The notes: generated from the letters alone by a model not told the origin. Counted from the stretch's first letter, positions 1 through 12,736 are shown. The stretch is DNA of 64,000 bases from Octopus vulgaris (GCA_951406725.2 OX597814.1:88474001-88538000); one strand, 5' to 3'. Translations and numbers: made by a program.

Positions 1-497
1 TTTCATCATTTCGGGGTCGATAAATTAAGTACCAGTTACGCACTGGGTTCGATGTAATCGACTTAATCCGTTTGTCTGTCCATGTTTGTCCCCTCTGTGT
101 TTAGCCCCTTGTGGGCAGTAAAAGAAATAGGTACTTCGTCTGCCGCTACGTTCTGAGTTTAAATTCCGCCGAGGTCGACTTTACTTTTCATCATTTCGGG
201 GTCGATAAATTAAGTACCAGTTACGCACTGGGGTCGATGTAATCGACTTAATCCGTTTGTCTGTCCATGTTTGTCCCCTCTGTGTTTAGCCCCTTGTGGG
301 CAGTAAAGAAATAGGTATTTCGTCTGCCGCTACGTTCTTTGTTCAAATTCCGCCGAGGTCGACTTTACCTTTTATCCTTTCGGGGTCGATTAAATAAGTA
401 CCAGTTACGCACTGGGGTCGATATAATCGACTTAATCCGTTTGTCTGTCCTTGTTTGTCCCTTCTGTGTGTAGTCCCTTATGGGCAGTAAAGAAATA
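1..497 (+). repeat. Tandem array (about 2.7 units, 185-bp period) of the body/3' part of tRNA-derived SINE family A
   Basis: The motif 'tttcatcatttcggggtcgat' or a close variant recurs at 1, 186 and 371. It matches the SINE at 31470-31703 but lacks the 5' head. Confidence 0.9.
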
Positions 498-537
498 AAC
501 ATGTTATATAAGCAAACTCTCCTGCTTTGTGTTACTA

Positions 538-546
538 TGTGTGTGT

Positions 547-626
<80 letters not shown>
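538..626. repeat. (TG)n microsatellite
   Basis: Direct reading of the sequence. Confidence 0.97.
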
Positions 627-629
<3 letters not shown>

Positions 630-1041
630 CGTGCGTGTTTGTTTGTTATGCATTTATGTATCCATGTATGTGTGTGCACGCGCATTTGTACATTGGAAGC
701 TGAGTCAATGAGTCGCTACTCGAAATTTTCCTTTTCCTCTTTCTCTACTCTTCTAAAGATCGGGATTGAGAAAATTCAAGTAGTGACTGACACAAATTTA
801 GCTTTGAATACTGTATCACGCCACTCAGCTTAACAGTATTGAATACTTTCTCTCGCTTAATTGCATTTCACACAATTTATGATCAGTGAATCCAGAATTA
901 TTGAATTTACCTGCACCAGTATCCCGTTGGATACTATCATATGTGGTGCGTGTATAATTTATGTGCTCTTACCAGATCTATTACCGATTATGTGGACCAA
1001 AAGGTTTACTGTTGTGTCCTCTGCATTACACAATAGTAATG

Positions 1042-1335
1042 TTTGTTCCTTCTCGAGCCATCCCTGGCTCATAAGGGCCGGTTTCCCGGCGTATAGGTTC
1101 CCCACCTGGACGGAATGCCGGTCTGTCGCAGGTGAGCTGCAAGATGCAGGAGGAAAGAATGAGAGAAAGTTGTGGCGTAAGAGTCAGCAGAAGTTTTGCC
1201 ATTACCTTCTGCCGGAGCTGCGTGGAGCTTAGGTGTTTCGCTCATAAGCACACACATTGCTCGGTCTGAGATTCGAACCCACGATCCCTCGACCGTGAGT
1301 CTGCCTCTCTAACCACTAGGCCATGTGCCTCCACT
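1042..1335 (-). mobile_element. tRNA-derived SINE (family D) with 13-bp TSD
   Basis: Minus strand has an A box (tggcctagtggttag) and a B box (ggttcgaatc). The TSD cacaatagtaatg lies at 1029-1041 and 1336-1348. A related copy is at 49817-50100. Confidence 0.88.
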
Positions 1336-2060
1336 CACAATAGTAATGACAGGAAACGAACTGGATTCACTAAAAAGATTAAAATGTAATAAATATCTCT
1401 CTACCCTGAAGACGAAGGCCGGATATACTTAATGTTCATATGCTTCCACTACAAGTTGCTTATCCTTGACGTTTTTGCAAACTACATCTACCAAACATTA
1501 TGAAGTAATTTCGTGAACTATGAAGTAATTCCGGAACCATGTGGCTGGGAAGCAAACTTCTTACCACATAGCCATGCCTGCGCCTATGTATATATATTTT
1601 GTATATTTTGCCTAAGTACTTTTATTTGTTTATTTGCATCATTATCTCTAAATCTGCTTACCTAGATTCCTCTTATTGCCATTCTTTACCCCATGGACTT
1701 GGTCCTCGGAAAAGGTTTCGGAGTGTAAGTTTAAATCATTTGAGCGCTACTAAGTGTTTTCTATATACAGCATCGCTGGACCTCATCTGTTGACTTTCTC
1801 TCTCTCTCGCTATATATATATATATATTATTGTTATGTGTAGTTTGGGTTCTAATGGGAAAGACAACCAATTGAAAACCATTGTTATGTTTACGTGTTTA
1901 TTATCTTTACATGTTACACGGACGACGACATTCAGCGTAGTAATACATTATATACTTTACACACAGTTTGTACTGTTCACTAACAAATAGTGCCAAGAGT
2001 GGGGATGTAGTTTGGCATACGCAAACACATACATATGAATGTGTAACATATATATATATA

Positions 2061-2767
2061 TGTAGTATCTTCAAGCAGGCATAGCGTGGATTCGATCCTA
2101 GATCACCAAATTTTACTTAGCAGTTCAACAGCACATTTCTCATGGTAAAACAATAGTTTTTCTGTGAACGACAGCAGTTATTAAGCCAGATGCCTTCGCT
2201 AAGCAAAATAATGTCTTTGCCACTTGACCCTTCTAACCTCTTCTAGGTCACCAAAACCTATAATAGGGATAACAGACCGCCAACGAAATTCATTGTTCTC
2301 AACAATATGTCTCTCCTTCTAACTAGTTTGGATAATTATAAATACTAAAACACCGTAGGAAAAAGTTAGTAGGCTAAAAGGAGATGATGTAGAGGCGACC
2401 ACTGGCAGAATTCAGTTAGTGAGATAATTCAACTGAGAGAAGGTGTAGCGTACACTCGAGTGAAATTCCTCTCTCCCCTTTATTATATACATGTACATGC
2501 GAACGTAGCAGATAACAGCTACCCTTTAGCCCCTATTTGAACCCCGCTGTGTCCGCTACTCTGATTGGTTGGTATTGGCGCAATTTGTGTCTTACTCTAT
2601 AGCGCCAGTATGCAACCTAACCAATTGAAGTCCCTAAATAAGATCAGGTGAGATGGCCTGTTCCCAACCTAGTTTGAGCCTACTCTAACTTATAAAAACC
2701 TAGCTACTCCTCGTCTCGAAGTCTTTAGTTCCAGAACTTTTAAAGTATAGCCACTGACCACACGACA
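2061..2767 (+). mobile_element. Probable solo LTR (about 707 bp)
   Basis: Starts TGTAGT and ends ACGACA (TG..CA, imperfect terminal inverted repeat), bounded by microsatellites. CCAAT boxes at 2564, 2574 and 2621, TATAAAA at 2691. No clear TSD. Confidence 0.5.
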
Positions 2768-2771
2768 CAAC

Positions 2772-2806
<35 letters not shown>

Positions 2807-3407
2807 CTTATGATAATATATATATAAAGATCGAAACAGAACCAAAACTAATTCATCTCAAATTGCTAGTGCCTTTAGGAGAGGCATGAATATCACCAGC
2901 CTACATTTTCTCTCTTATAAAAAATTATAATAATTACTAAGTGCCTAATCAAAAGAAAGCAATACTTGCTGGTGTAGGCAAGTCTTGGTTTCAAAGTCAT
3001 TTAAATTACAATATATCGGTTAATGTTGATGAGAAAAGTATAAGCATCCTTCACTTTCATTTCCCTATTTCCTTCAAACAGGCAGTATTATGTCTATTAT
3101 AAGAAATAAAATCAATACGCAAGAACAGGAAGGAAAAAAAAATCATGTCTGGAAGATTTCAGCTTGTTCTATTCACTCTACGCATGGAGTAACCTTGACC
3201 AGAGAAAAAGCAATTGCAGGATGGTAGATTCAATAAACTATGTCAATGAAAGATAGAGGCCGAAAGAGAGAGAGAGAAAAAATTTGCGAAAAAAAATTCA
3301 GTTGACGCTCGCGAGAATGGTTAGTCAATCATTTGATACGCACTAATTATTTACCAACACAAATAGATTTTCTTTCAAACAATACTAAGCTCAGCGTTAA
3401 TTCTATT

Positions 3408-3652
3408 TAGTGGGAACATTCCTGTGGAAAAAATAAGTTGGATTTCTGTTGCTACAGTATAACGTTCTGCTGGACGCAGACGATCGACTTCGACTGAAAT
3501 ATTCGCAGTAATCTAAACAATGTATTCTAATTAGTGGGAACATTCCTGTAGACAAATGAATCGGCTTACTGTTACTACAGTCTCAACGATCAGTTGAAAG
3601 CAGACGATCGACTTCAACGGAAATATTTGCAGCAATCTAAACGATACAATAT
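3408..3652. repeat. Two diverged tandem copies of a 124-bp unique unit
   Basis: 'tagtgggaacattcctgt' occurs at 3408 and 3532. The copies also share the blocks 'ctacagt', 'gcagacgatcgacttc' and 'aatctaaac'. Confidence 0.85.
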
Positions 3653-4444
3653 TGTCGATAACTCTTCAAACATGATATTAACTGTGCTCGGTTGTAACGA
3701 TCCAAATGAAATCAATATGGCAGCGTTTAGATTTTGGCTTGTAAATTACATTAAATTGGATACTGGGAGTAAGGTTTCTAAATTTCCATCGTCTAATTTC
3801 TTATGATTTGTCTGTTCGTGTATCTGTTTCTTTGTATGCATGCGCAATGTTAGGTTTATATTTCCCAGTGAAGCAAGAACTAATCTGAAGAGCTTAGCTT
3901 TTCGAGATTATTAAACATTTAGACATTAAGCCAAATACACCAATAGTTATAGGTACAAATGTGAATTTATAATCTGGGTAAAGAAGCCATAGGTTTCAAA
4001 CAGTTATCCGTAAATATTCTTTCTCACTAATTTTCGGGGCTGTTGTTCTCAAGGACTACGCATTTTTTCTTTTGTGTCCCTTTATGTTTGTACGTGCTAG
4101 AAATTTTGATGATAATGTTTCTCCAATTTTCCGTGTGTTGGTATGTATGTATTCAATAATCCATATATTTTCTATTTATATTTCCCAGTGTAGTTTTCAA
4201 TATAGGTGACGTTGAACACTATTTAGCAAAAGCATCATATCACATTGAGATGACGTTTTTAGACAGTTACTAATCATATGTGTTATATCTTTCACAGAAC
4301 TGTCACATAATAGACATTTTCGGTCACACCCTGAGGGTTAAGAGCTACACTCTCTCGTTTGCTCATTAGATATTCTGAAGCTATTTCCTAATCTCATGTT
4401 GCTAAAACATAACCTTCAAAGTCTCTTCTATTTGTTTTAATTAT

Positions 4445-5329
4445 TATAAATTTTACACTGAAGAAGGAGCTGGTTTCCGACAAAGATATAAGGCTCCATC
4501 TTTGGAATGTTGTGAACACGAACAAATTCACATTTGGAACTTGAGAAAAGTCTTGCATATTTTTACTGTCCCACTCACAGATTGCACTTGTAATATACGA
4601 ATTAGCCGGTCGATTTCTCTTTCTGAAAATTTCTGTTTATCCAGATTCTCTCTTAAGCATTTACTAACAAAACCTAGTGCTCCAATTATTATTGGTATGA
4701 ATATGAATTCATAGTCTGGATATAGAAGCTGGAGGTTTCGAAGCAGTTGTCCATAGATATCCTCTTTTTCTTTGATTTTCAAAGAGATATTTATATCTGC
4801 AGGGCAGCTGACCTCTATGACGGGACACCCCACCCCCTGTCCCAAACAATAATATCCTGCCTGTTTACATTTGACAGAAGTTTTGATGGTAATATTCCAC
4901 CAGTATTCCTTGAGTTGGTGTTTATGAATGTATTCCATAATAGATGGATTTTCCAAGTTTATTTCAGGACAGTCTTTTTGCGGATGGCATTGTAAATTGC
5001 TTTACCGACAACATCGTGCTGCATAGGGAGGTAGTGCCATGACGACATTTTAGGACAGCTGCTAATCACAGAAACATGACATAGCCTACACATGCGGTTG
5101 CACCTTGGGATTACAAGCGCGTCACAGTCTCTCTTGTTCACCAGGTATTTTGTGGCAATCTCCTGTTCCTGGATTGCAAACGCATAGTCTTCAAAGTGTG
5201 ATGTGATGTAGTGGTCTTTGTGTAAATTCTACTGTCTTCTTCAAGCTTCCGGGCAACATATCCATAATCTTTTTTTTTTATCTCTGCTGAATGCTTTCTA
5301 TCCAGGTCTTCTCTGAGGTAAGAAAGCCC

Positions 5330-5330
<1 letters not shown>
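4445..5330 (-). mobile_element. 3' fragment of a non-LTR retrotransposon with restriction-like endonuclease (R4/Dong/HERO-like), frameshifted
   Basis: ORF pieces show the zinc knuckle 'CRLCH..ISSCPKM..HD' and RLE motifs 'IEVSCPADINISLKIKEKEDIY' and 'IPIIIGALG'. Confidence 0.85.
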
Positions 5331-5360
<30 letters not shown>

Positions 5361-5574
5361 TGTATGTATGTATGTATGTATGTATGTATGTATGTATGTA
5401 TGCATGTATGTATGTATGTATGTATGTATGTATGTATGTATGTATGTATTATGTATGTATGTATGTGTGTATGCATGCATGCATGCATGCATGCATGTAT
5501 GTATGTATGTATGTATGTATGTATGTATGTATGTATGTATGCGCGCATACTTGCATGCACACACACACACACAC

Positions 5575-5620
<46 letters not shown>
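5331..5620. repeat. Compound (TATG)n/(CA)n/(TA)n microsatellite
   Basis: Direct reading of the sequence. Confidence 0.97.
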
Positions 5621-5626
<6 letters not shown>

Positions 5627-5904
5627 GGGTAGGTATTGCATGCGCATGTGTGTGTTTCTTTACACTGCTTTTTTTTACATGCATGTCTATATGTATACTT
5701 GAATAGTTATGTATTTGTAAGCGTGCAAGTGTATATATATGAATATTGCATCGATTAAAATTAAACGTATCAAAAAATCTGAGTGGCTGACATCTTTGTT
5801 GCCTTGTTGGTCTAGAAGACGGAGAATACCCGTAACCTGTGTAGGCCCACCTGGATGAATGAGACTGATGTCAAACCTCTCATACGTACTGAGCTCCAAT
5901 GTAC

Positions 5905-6293
5905 TTTACTCTCTTTACTCTTTTACTTGTTTCAGTCATTTGACTGCGGCCATGCTGGAGCACCGCCTTTAGTCAAGCAAATCGACCCCGGGACTTATTC
6001 TTTGTAAGCCCAGTACTTATTCTATCAATCTCTTTTGCCGAACCGCTAAGTAACGGGGACGTAAACACACCAGCATCGGTTGTCAAGCAATGCTAGGGGG
6101 ACAAGCACAGACACACAAACACACACACATACATATATATATATACATATATACGACAGGCTTCTTTCAGTTTCCGTCTACCAAATCCACTCTATAGCAG
6201 AAGACACTTGCCCAAGATGCCACGCAGTGGGACTGAACCCGGAACCATGTGGTTGTTTAGCAAGCTACTTACCACACAGCCACTCCTGCGCCT
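5905..6293 (-). mobile_element. tRNA-derived SINE (family B)
   Basis: Minus-strand head 'aggcgcaggagtggctgtgtggtaag..ggttcagtccc' and tail (aaagagt)n. Same family as 18742-19141 and 52896-53308. Confidence 0.9.
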
Positions 6294-7019
6294 GTTTTAC
6301 ACGCTTTTGTTTCATTTGCAGTCAGAAACAGATATGAATGGATCTTCTGGAAGTGTGTGTGATGTGTCCTTACGGATAGATATATTTCCTATTTGCTTAA
6401 GTCCGTAAATCTAAGCACCTAGCCTGACAAATCTCCTTCTGTCTCTGGCATTTTGATTTCTTGCATAAACACAAATCATCATTTTCATACGGATAAATAA
6501 TATGAGATTTTGTGAGGATCATGTTGCTTACGGTTATAGCATTGTAAGTGAAGCAACGCTGATCCAACAGTGTAGAGAAATCAGGTTGTGAATACAGCTG
6601 GTCGAAAGCTTCTATATTACGCTCCATAATCTTTACATTTTGAAAAGATTATCGAGGTTAAATCCAGTTTATGCGGGCATCACTGAACACTTGGTGTTCA
6701 TTTCGTCTAGCGATTAGCAGGAAAAATATACTGATATATTGAAGTAATTTCCACGATGCTTTCTACAGGCCTACAAAAAGACATTAAATCGACACTGTAA
6801 GCTGCCTATCAACTCCTAAATTTTATCTGCTATGGTGTATTATGATATAATATGGTAAATTCTTTTAGAATTAAATTGTTCAATATGCTTCCATTTACAG
6901 AAACAAAAAGCAAAGCGACGCACAAACAGACTAAGCTTACACAAAACCCACCACATTTGACCATTATAACAGAATAGGAACAATTATGTCTAAACAATAT
7001 ATCATGAAATAAATTGATT

Positions 7020-7232
7020 TCAAATTTTGGTACAAGGTCAGTAGTTCCGAGAGAGGGGCTAAGTCGATTAGATCGATCGCAATGTTCAACTAATAGTTAT
7101 TTTTTCGACCTCGAAAGGATGAAAGGCAAAGTCGACCTCGACAGAAATTTTGAACACAGAACGTAAAGACGGACGAAATGCTGCTAAGCATTTTGCCCAG
7201 CGTGCTAATGATTCAGACAGTTCACTGCATTA
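7020..7232 (-). mobile_element. SINE family A, diverged
   Basis: Core 'aaaggatgaaaggcaaagtcgacctcg' is the reverse complement of the family A body. Confidence 0.8.
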
Positions 7233-7447
7233 GTATATCATTAGATATACTAGCATACTCTTGTTATCAAAGACGCCTACAATTATTTTATTAATGATAC
7301 AAAATGGCGCATCAACACAACGGGAGAAACCATTGATAAATGTCAGCAACCTAGTAAGTGTATGTATAAACACAGAATTGATACACTTGAAAAATCAGAT
7401 ACGATTCTAAGGTTTCGTCCAAATGATACACCTGCGTGTGTGTTTGT

Positions 7448-7530
<83 letters not shown>

Positions 7531-7935
7531 GATAGATAGACAAATAAATAGATAGACAGACAGACAGATAAATACATTTAAATGTAGATACATTTAAATG
7601 TATATAGTATATGTGCATGCACACACACATACACACTCATTCATACACACATATACGTTTATATGTATATAAATTACTTGGTAAAATTATTAATTAATTA
7701 ATTGATTAATTAATAAATTTTATCCTTTTATTATTACTGAAATTATAATTTGCTCCCTGATCGAAAACTGCAGTTTCGGCGGGATTGCTCGTAACACACT
7801 CGTGGGTATTGAGGATAAATATTTGTTCACATTCGGCTGTATATTTTTGGAAGTGTTAGTTGAATATCGGTTACGTAATGCCACTTGATCGCGTACATAT
7901 TTAATCCCAACGCTTTCATATTTATATTTCGAAAT

Positions 7936-8003
7936 GCTGCCCTGATGATGAGAAATAAGTAAGTAAATATAACTTTACTTTAATCTCGAGACGCGTATGT
8001 AGC
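7936..8003 (+). ncRNA. Type I hammerhead ribozyme motif, degenerate (GAAA changed to GAGA)
   Basis: gctgc-c-CTGATGA-t-gaga..aagtaaa/tttactt..tctc-GAGAC-GC-GTA-tgtagc. Confidence 0.7.
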
Positions 8004-8184
8004 CAATCTGAGTCGTGTGGATTCGTTATTTTTTTCTTTTTGCCTACATAAAAAGTGCGTTACTGTCTGGGAGATCTGGTGGTAGAAAAGGCATTAGACT
8101 CCTATTTCTAAATTCTGTGCGTGGCGAATCAATTAACTGAGCCCTGATTATAATTATGTTTATAATTATAGAATATTTGTATAA

Positions 8185-8582
8185 TCTTTATATATAAAAG
8201 TGAGGTTGTGTGCTGTCTGTCTCCTACGATTTAGATTCCTAACTACTCCCACATTTTGCGGTGCAGTTTAACCAAAACCGGGTATCTTATAGTCGTGATT
8301 CATATCAAGCCCTTCTGGGTATTAGCGCGCGTCTACGATGAGTCTACGATTTAAAAAAAAAATTACCATCAATTTTTCCCATTTTTAATGCATTTTTGGC
8401 ATATATAAGGGAAGTAACTCTCTAAAAATTTATTATTAAATCTCAGAACGTAAAAAGCTACAGTAACACCACCCCTATTTGTGGTTAGCCATATTGAGAT
8501 GGCTATTATACTTTACATCTCTAAAAATGCTTATATAGTTATTTTCCTTACAAACCCGAGCAACGCCGGGCGATACTGCTAG
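8185..8582 (+). mobile_element. Non-autonomous Helitron (398 bp)
   Basis: 5' TC, 3' CTAG, subterminal hairpin cccgagcaacgccggg (8555-8570), inserted between A and T with no TSD. A second copy is at 38461-38859. Confidence 0.9.
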
Positions 8583-8883
8583 TTTTATCTAAAAAGGTTA
8601 TTTTAACGTACCGAACTACTTGGTAAAATTATTAATTACTAATTAATTAATTAATGTTACCCTTTTATTATTACTGAAATATATATTGTGTTGTATGTCT
8701 TGTATTCTGTTTTTTTTTTCGTTGTTTGAAAAAAAGTTTGTTTCTATGTTTTTGTTTTTAGGTTTTCGTTTCTCATTGTGTTCCACGCTTTTTGATCTCC
8801 TGTACCCATATATGCATGTATATATACATATATATATAGGTATGTACATATATGTATGTATATATGCATATATTTATATATTA

Positions 8884-8954
<71 letters not shown>

Positions 8955-9202
8955 TGTATGTATGTATGTATGTATGTATGTATGTATATGCCTCATTAAG
9001 GGATAATAATAGCCAATGAATTTACTGGTTTCTTACCTATTATTTATGTTGAATATTAGATTTAATATTAAAAAATAGGTAATTTAATGATTTAATTATT
9101 TTAATTAATTTTTGAAGTTTGAATCGAAACAGCTATTAGAGATTGTCTACTTTTGTAATTAATAAATATAATTATTAATTGATTTATCTCTATTTTCTTA
9201 TT

Positions 9203-9233
<31 letters not shown>

Positions 9234-9244
9234 CATGTGTATAT

Positions 9245-9425
9245 GTTTGCACCACTACCATCGCTTGACAACCGATGTTGGTGTGCTTATATCCCCGTAA
9301 GCGGTTCAGCAAAACGGACCAATGGAATAAGTACTAGACTTACAAGGAATAAGTCCTGGGAGTCGATTTGTTCGACTAAAGGCGGCACTCCAGCATGGCC
9401 GCAGTCAAATTACTGAAACAAGTAC
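9245..9425 (+). mobile_element. 3' half of SINE family B
   Basis: 'ccatcgcttgacaaccgatgttggtg..gactaaaggcggcactccagcatggccgcagtc'. Confidence 0.8.
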
Positions 9426-9754
9426 TTACGCATACATACTTATATGTATACCTTTGCATGTGCATACATATACGTATGTGTGTAAGTGTGTGTAAATGTG
9501 TGTAAGCGCGTGTGAATGTGTGTGCGCGTATGTATGTTTGTTACCATTTTTTTTAGATCGATGAAATCAGTAAAATATATTATCTTTTACTTGGAAATGG
9601 ATCTAAGGGCTTGTATCAGAAACGATAACAATGAGAAAATGGACTAAAACGAAAGAAAAAAATATATAAATGAAAGTGTATATATATATATATTCTTTTA
9701 TTCTTTTACTTGTTCCAGCCATTTGATTGCGGCTATGCTGGAGCACCACCGTGC

Positions 9755-11150
9755 TTTTGCGCCATTACTTGTGATTATCCTTCGACTGATTTCCTCAAGC
9801 TGGGGGCTTTCACATCGCCGCTCCTGTATGTTTCTTTGTCTCAGCAGTTGGGCCCATATTGTGTGTGAGGAAGTTTGATTCCGTTGCTCCCGTCTTTACC
9901 TCATGCTGCTCCGTCGATTCATCTGTATTGTGGCGTGGAGGATGTCTAGTTCCTTTTTGTAGACATCTACGTTCACATTATATAGGTTTCTTAATTTTTG
10001 TGGCAAGCCATTGAAGAGCTGTGAGCCTTGAACCCTAACCTATTGCAGTTCCTGGTCTTGAATTTAGAAGAAGAGGATGGTACCTTTTGTACAATACAAT
10101 GGCGTCCCGTTCTGGCATTTATATAACATCCAATACCGAAATTAGGTATTAATCCTTCCAGAGTATTCCATATGTAGATTATTACATATCTGTTCGCCTT
10201 CGCTCCAAGGAATGATGTCATAGTTTTTTTCAGCCACTTCCTGTAGCTCATCTGCTACACTATTTCAATCTTTTTAGTGTAGTGGCGTTGGACTGCTTCA
10301 AGTTCCGCTGTTAGCTTGGTACTATGTAGTGACCATAGGTGATAGTAGTAGTCTAGGTAGCTGAGAACAAAGCCCTCCACAGGGTCAATATAACTTCTTG
10401 GTCTCTTGTCTTGGAGAACCTTAGTATCCATCCTGCCAGTTGTCTGCACTTCGCTGCCATCTTGGTAATGTGTATATGAAATGATGCATCATTGCGCATA
10501 CTGATCCCCAAGTTTTTCCCCTGCTTGTATCTCTGGGATTGCAATGCCTTCGGGTCCTATATATGCAGGCTACGATGCATTTGTGAGTTGATAGCGCAAC
10601 GCTTGAAATTTTCCAACATTAAACTGCATGATGTTTACTCCAGCCTACTTGTATATTGCACTCAGGTCCCGCTGTAAATTTACAATGTCATCTAGATTTT
10701 TTATTGCCTGTGATAATTTTGTATCATCAGCATAGCTAGTGATTGTGGCTGCCTGAGTGGTCATGGGCATGTCTAAGATGGCTATTATAAACAATAATGG
10801 CTCCAAGACAGTTCCCTGGGGGATGCCACTTAGAATTTGAGTTTCCTCAGAAAGGGATCTGCCTGACTTCTGTTTTTAAGGAAGTCATACAGCTACTCTC
10901 CCAGTTTACCAACAATGCTAAGGTCTCGGAGACTGTAATATACCTTATCAAAGGTTTTTGCAAAGTCAAGATATATCACAATGACATCTGAATGGTCAAG
11001 CAGCTGCTTCAAAACCCAGTCATAGTACTGGACAGAAGCCATGCTGTGTATTGTTCAGTGAACCATTTTCTTCCAGGAACATTATCAATTTGTTTCTGGT
11101 GGTCCGTTCCATGTCTGTACTGATATGTGAAGCCAAAGAGATTGGCCTGT
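9755..11150 (-). mobile_element. Decayed CR1-group LINE, RT domain to 3' end
   Basis: Minus-strand translation gives 'VIYLDFAKTFDKV', 'SGIPQGTVLG', 'YADDTKL', 'LEAVQRHYTKKI' and 'RYVIIYIW', with stops and frameshifts. Confidence 0.85.
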
Positions 11151-12411
11151 CAGAGAGACTAGAGAGTGAAGGAAATACAATATAGTCAGACCTCAAGAAA
11201 CCACTAGATATCAGAATGTGCCTTAAACCATACAGATGCGTGGAGTTTACTCCAACGGTAGATTACTCCCAGTCACTTGTTCAAGTACCTATGTCTGCAT
11301 GATCTGAGCAGAACGAGGCGATTCAGCACTTTGCAGTACTTACATCGAACAAAATGCTTGGTCAATTAGCAGCGGAGTTAGGATTCGAAATTACGATTCT
11401 TGGTTAATTGTTCACTACCTATTCAACTCAGCCACCTACTAATAACAGCAAACCAAATATTTTCTTTGCGGGATGGGGGTTTAATCCACAAACGATTGCA
11501 TTTTATTTGCCCAACCTGATGATGATGTTTATTTGGTTCAAGTACGTGTACTAAAAAAAACGAAACATACTAGATGCTTGAATAAGCAGAAAAGTAATAC
11601 CTATGGTTTTGTTGTGTCTAGAGAGTGTCATTATGCAAATATCGATAACACACGCACTGGTTCAATTCCATTCCATTATTATTTGTCAATCGGTTAAATT
11701 AAACGATCGTTTAACTTGTTTGTTAAATAGTCAGTCGTTTGTTTTGTTTTTGTTTCTGGCTCTTTCATGTGGTGTAGTGGTATTCCCTAGTTCATGTAGC
11801 AGGATCCTCTTTCGTTTCTGGTGCCAGCTGGTTTCTGGGTGTATTTTCTTTTTGATGTTCAGTAACGTCGAGCATTTCAAATTTTCTTCCTGGTGTTCCG
11901 TGAGTCTGAGATGCTTGACAGACGAATTCACGGATTTCGTATTTCATATTTATTAAAATATATTTTAAGAGGAAAACTTCGAATGAAGATTTGTTCTATC
12001 CATTGAAGCTCGAACAGATGACATTATGAATTAGTATTATATTATATTAGGAGTATCACAACCAACATGTCGGATTTGTTTGTACCACAATAAAGTCAGT
12101 TAATTCACATCACCGTCTTTTGTAATCGTAATTAGGGCCACGTAAGCTAACCTAAGCTAGAAGCCATTTTATTAATGTCACAATACGAAGACATCGCGAC
12201 AAATAAAAATGAGAGTGGTCATAAGTCCTCCAGTTTACATTGTTTGCGAGTGACAGTCAGTATTGGATAAAGCAAAATATGAACTTTCTGCTGACGTCAT
12301 AAAGGTTTTGTTATAAAGCAGCAGCCATTATCTTACAGGAAAATTAATTTTTGATTTCCTGGTTTTAGTGTACTCTTGTTTTTGACACATCCTGTAATTT
12401 GAAAAGAATTC

Positions 12412-12412
<1 letters not shown>

Positions 12413-12442
<30 letters not shown>

Positions 12443-12602
12443 CTTCTTCTTCTTCTTCTTCTTCTTCTTCTTCTTCTTCTTCTTCTTCTTCTTCTTCTTC
12501 TTCTTCTTCTTCTTCTTCTTCTTCTTCTTCTTCTTCTTCTTCTTCTTCTTCTTCTTCTTCTTCTTCTTCTTCTTCTTCTTCTTCTTCTTCTTCTTCTTCT
12601 TC
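12413..12602. repeat. Pure (TTC)n/(GAA)n tract of about 63 units
   Basis: Direct reading of the sequence. Confidence 0.97.
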
Positions 12603-12660
12603 AGACAGCAGCGTCATGAAAAAAGATAGGCACAGACACAGCAAAAGTGGTTAATATCAG

Positions 12661-12736
<76 letters not shown>

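Larger units (their letters stand above)
7672..8683 (+). mobile_element. Terminally redundant hammerhead-containing unit (544-bp monomer; retrozyme or Penelope pLTR-like), interrupted by a Helitron
   Basis: 'tacttggtaaaattattaatta' occurs at 7675 and 8617. The 942-bp spacing minus the 398-bp Helitron gives 544 bp. Homologous to 29179-29690. Confidence 0.7.

Noticed and set aside
2264-2275. TAGGGATAACAG, the first 12 nt of the I-SceI site
   Set aside because: The remaining 6 nt differ and there is no vector sequence, so it is a chance match.
6305-6408. Good splice acceptor (ttttgtttcatttgcag) followed by a short open frame SETDMNG..CLSP*
   Set aside because: No recognisable protein motif and no partner exon, and it lies directly beside a SINE. 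RNA-seq would be needed.
8990-9142. GAAAC-AGCT-ATT downstream of a long AT-rich hairpin, resembling a hammerhead 3' half
   Set aside because: No CUGANGA core or stem I partner can be found; at most a truncated relic.
11731-11956. Short ORFs on both strands in unique sequence
   Set aside because: No homology that I recognise and no convincing splice signals.
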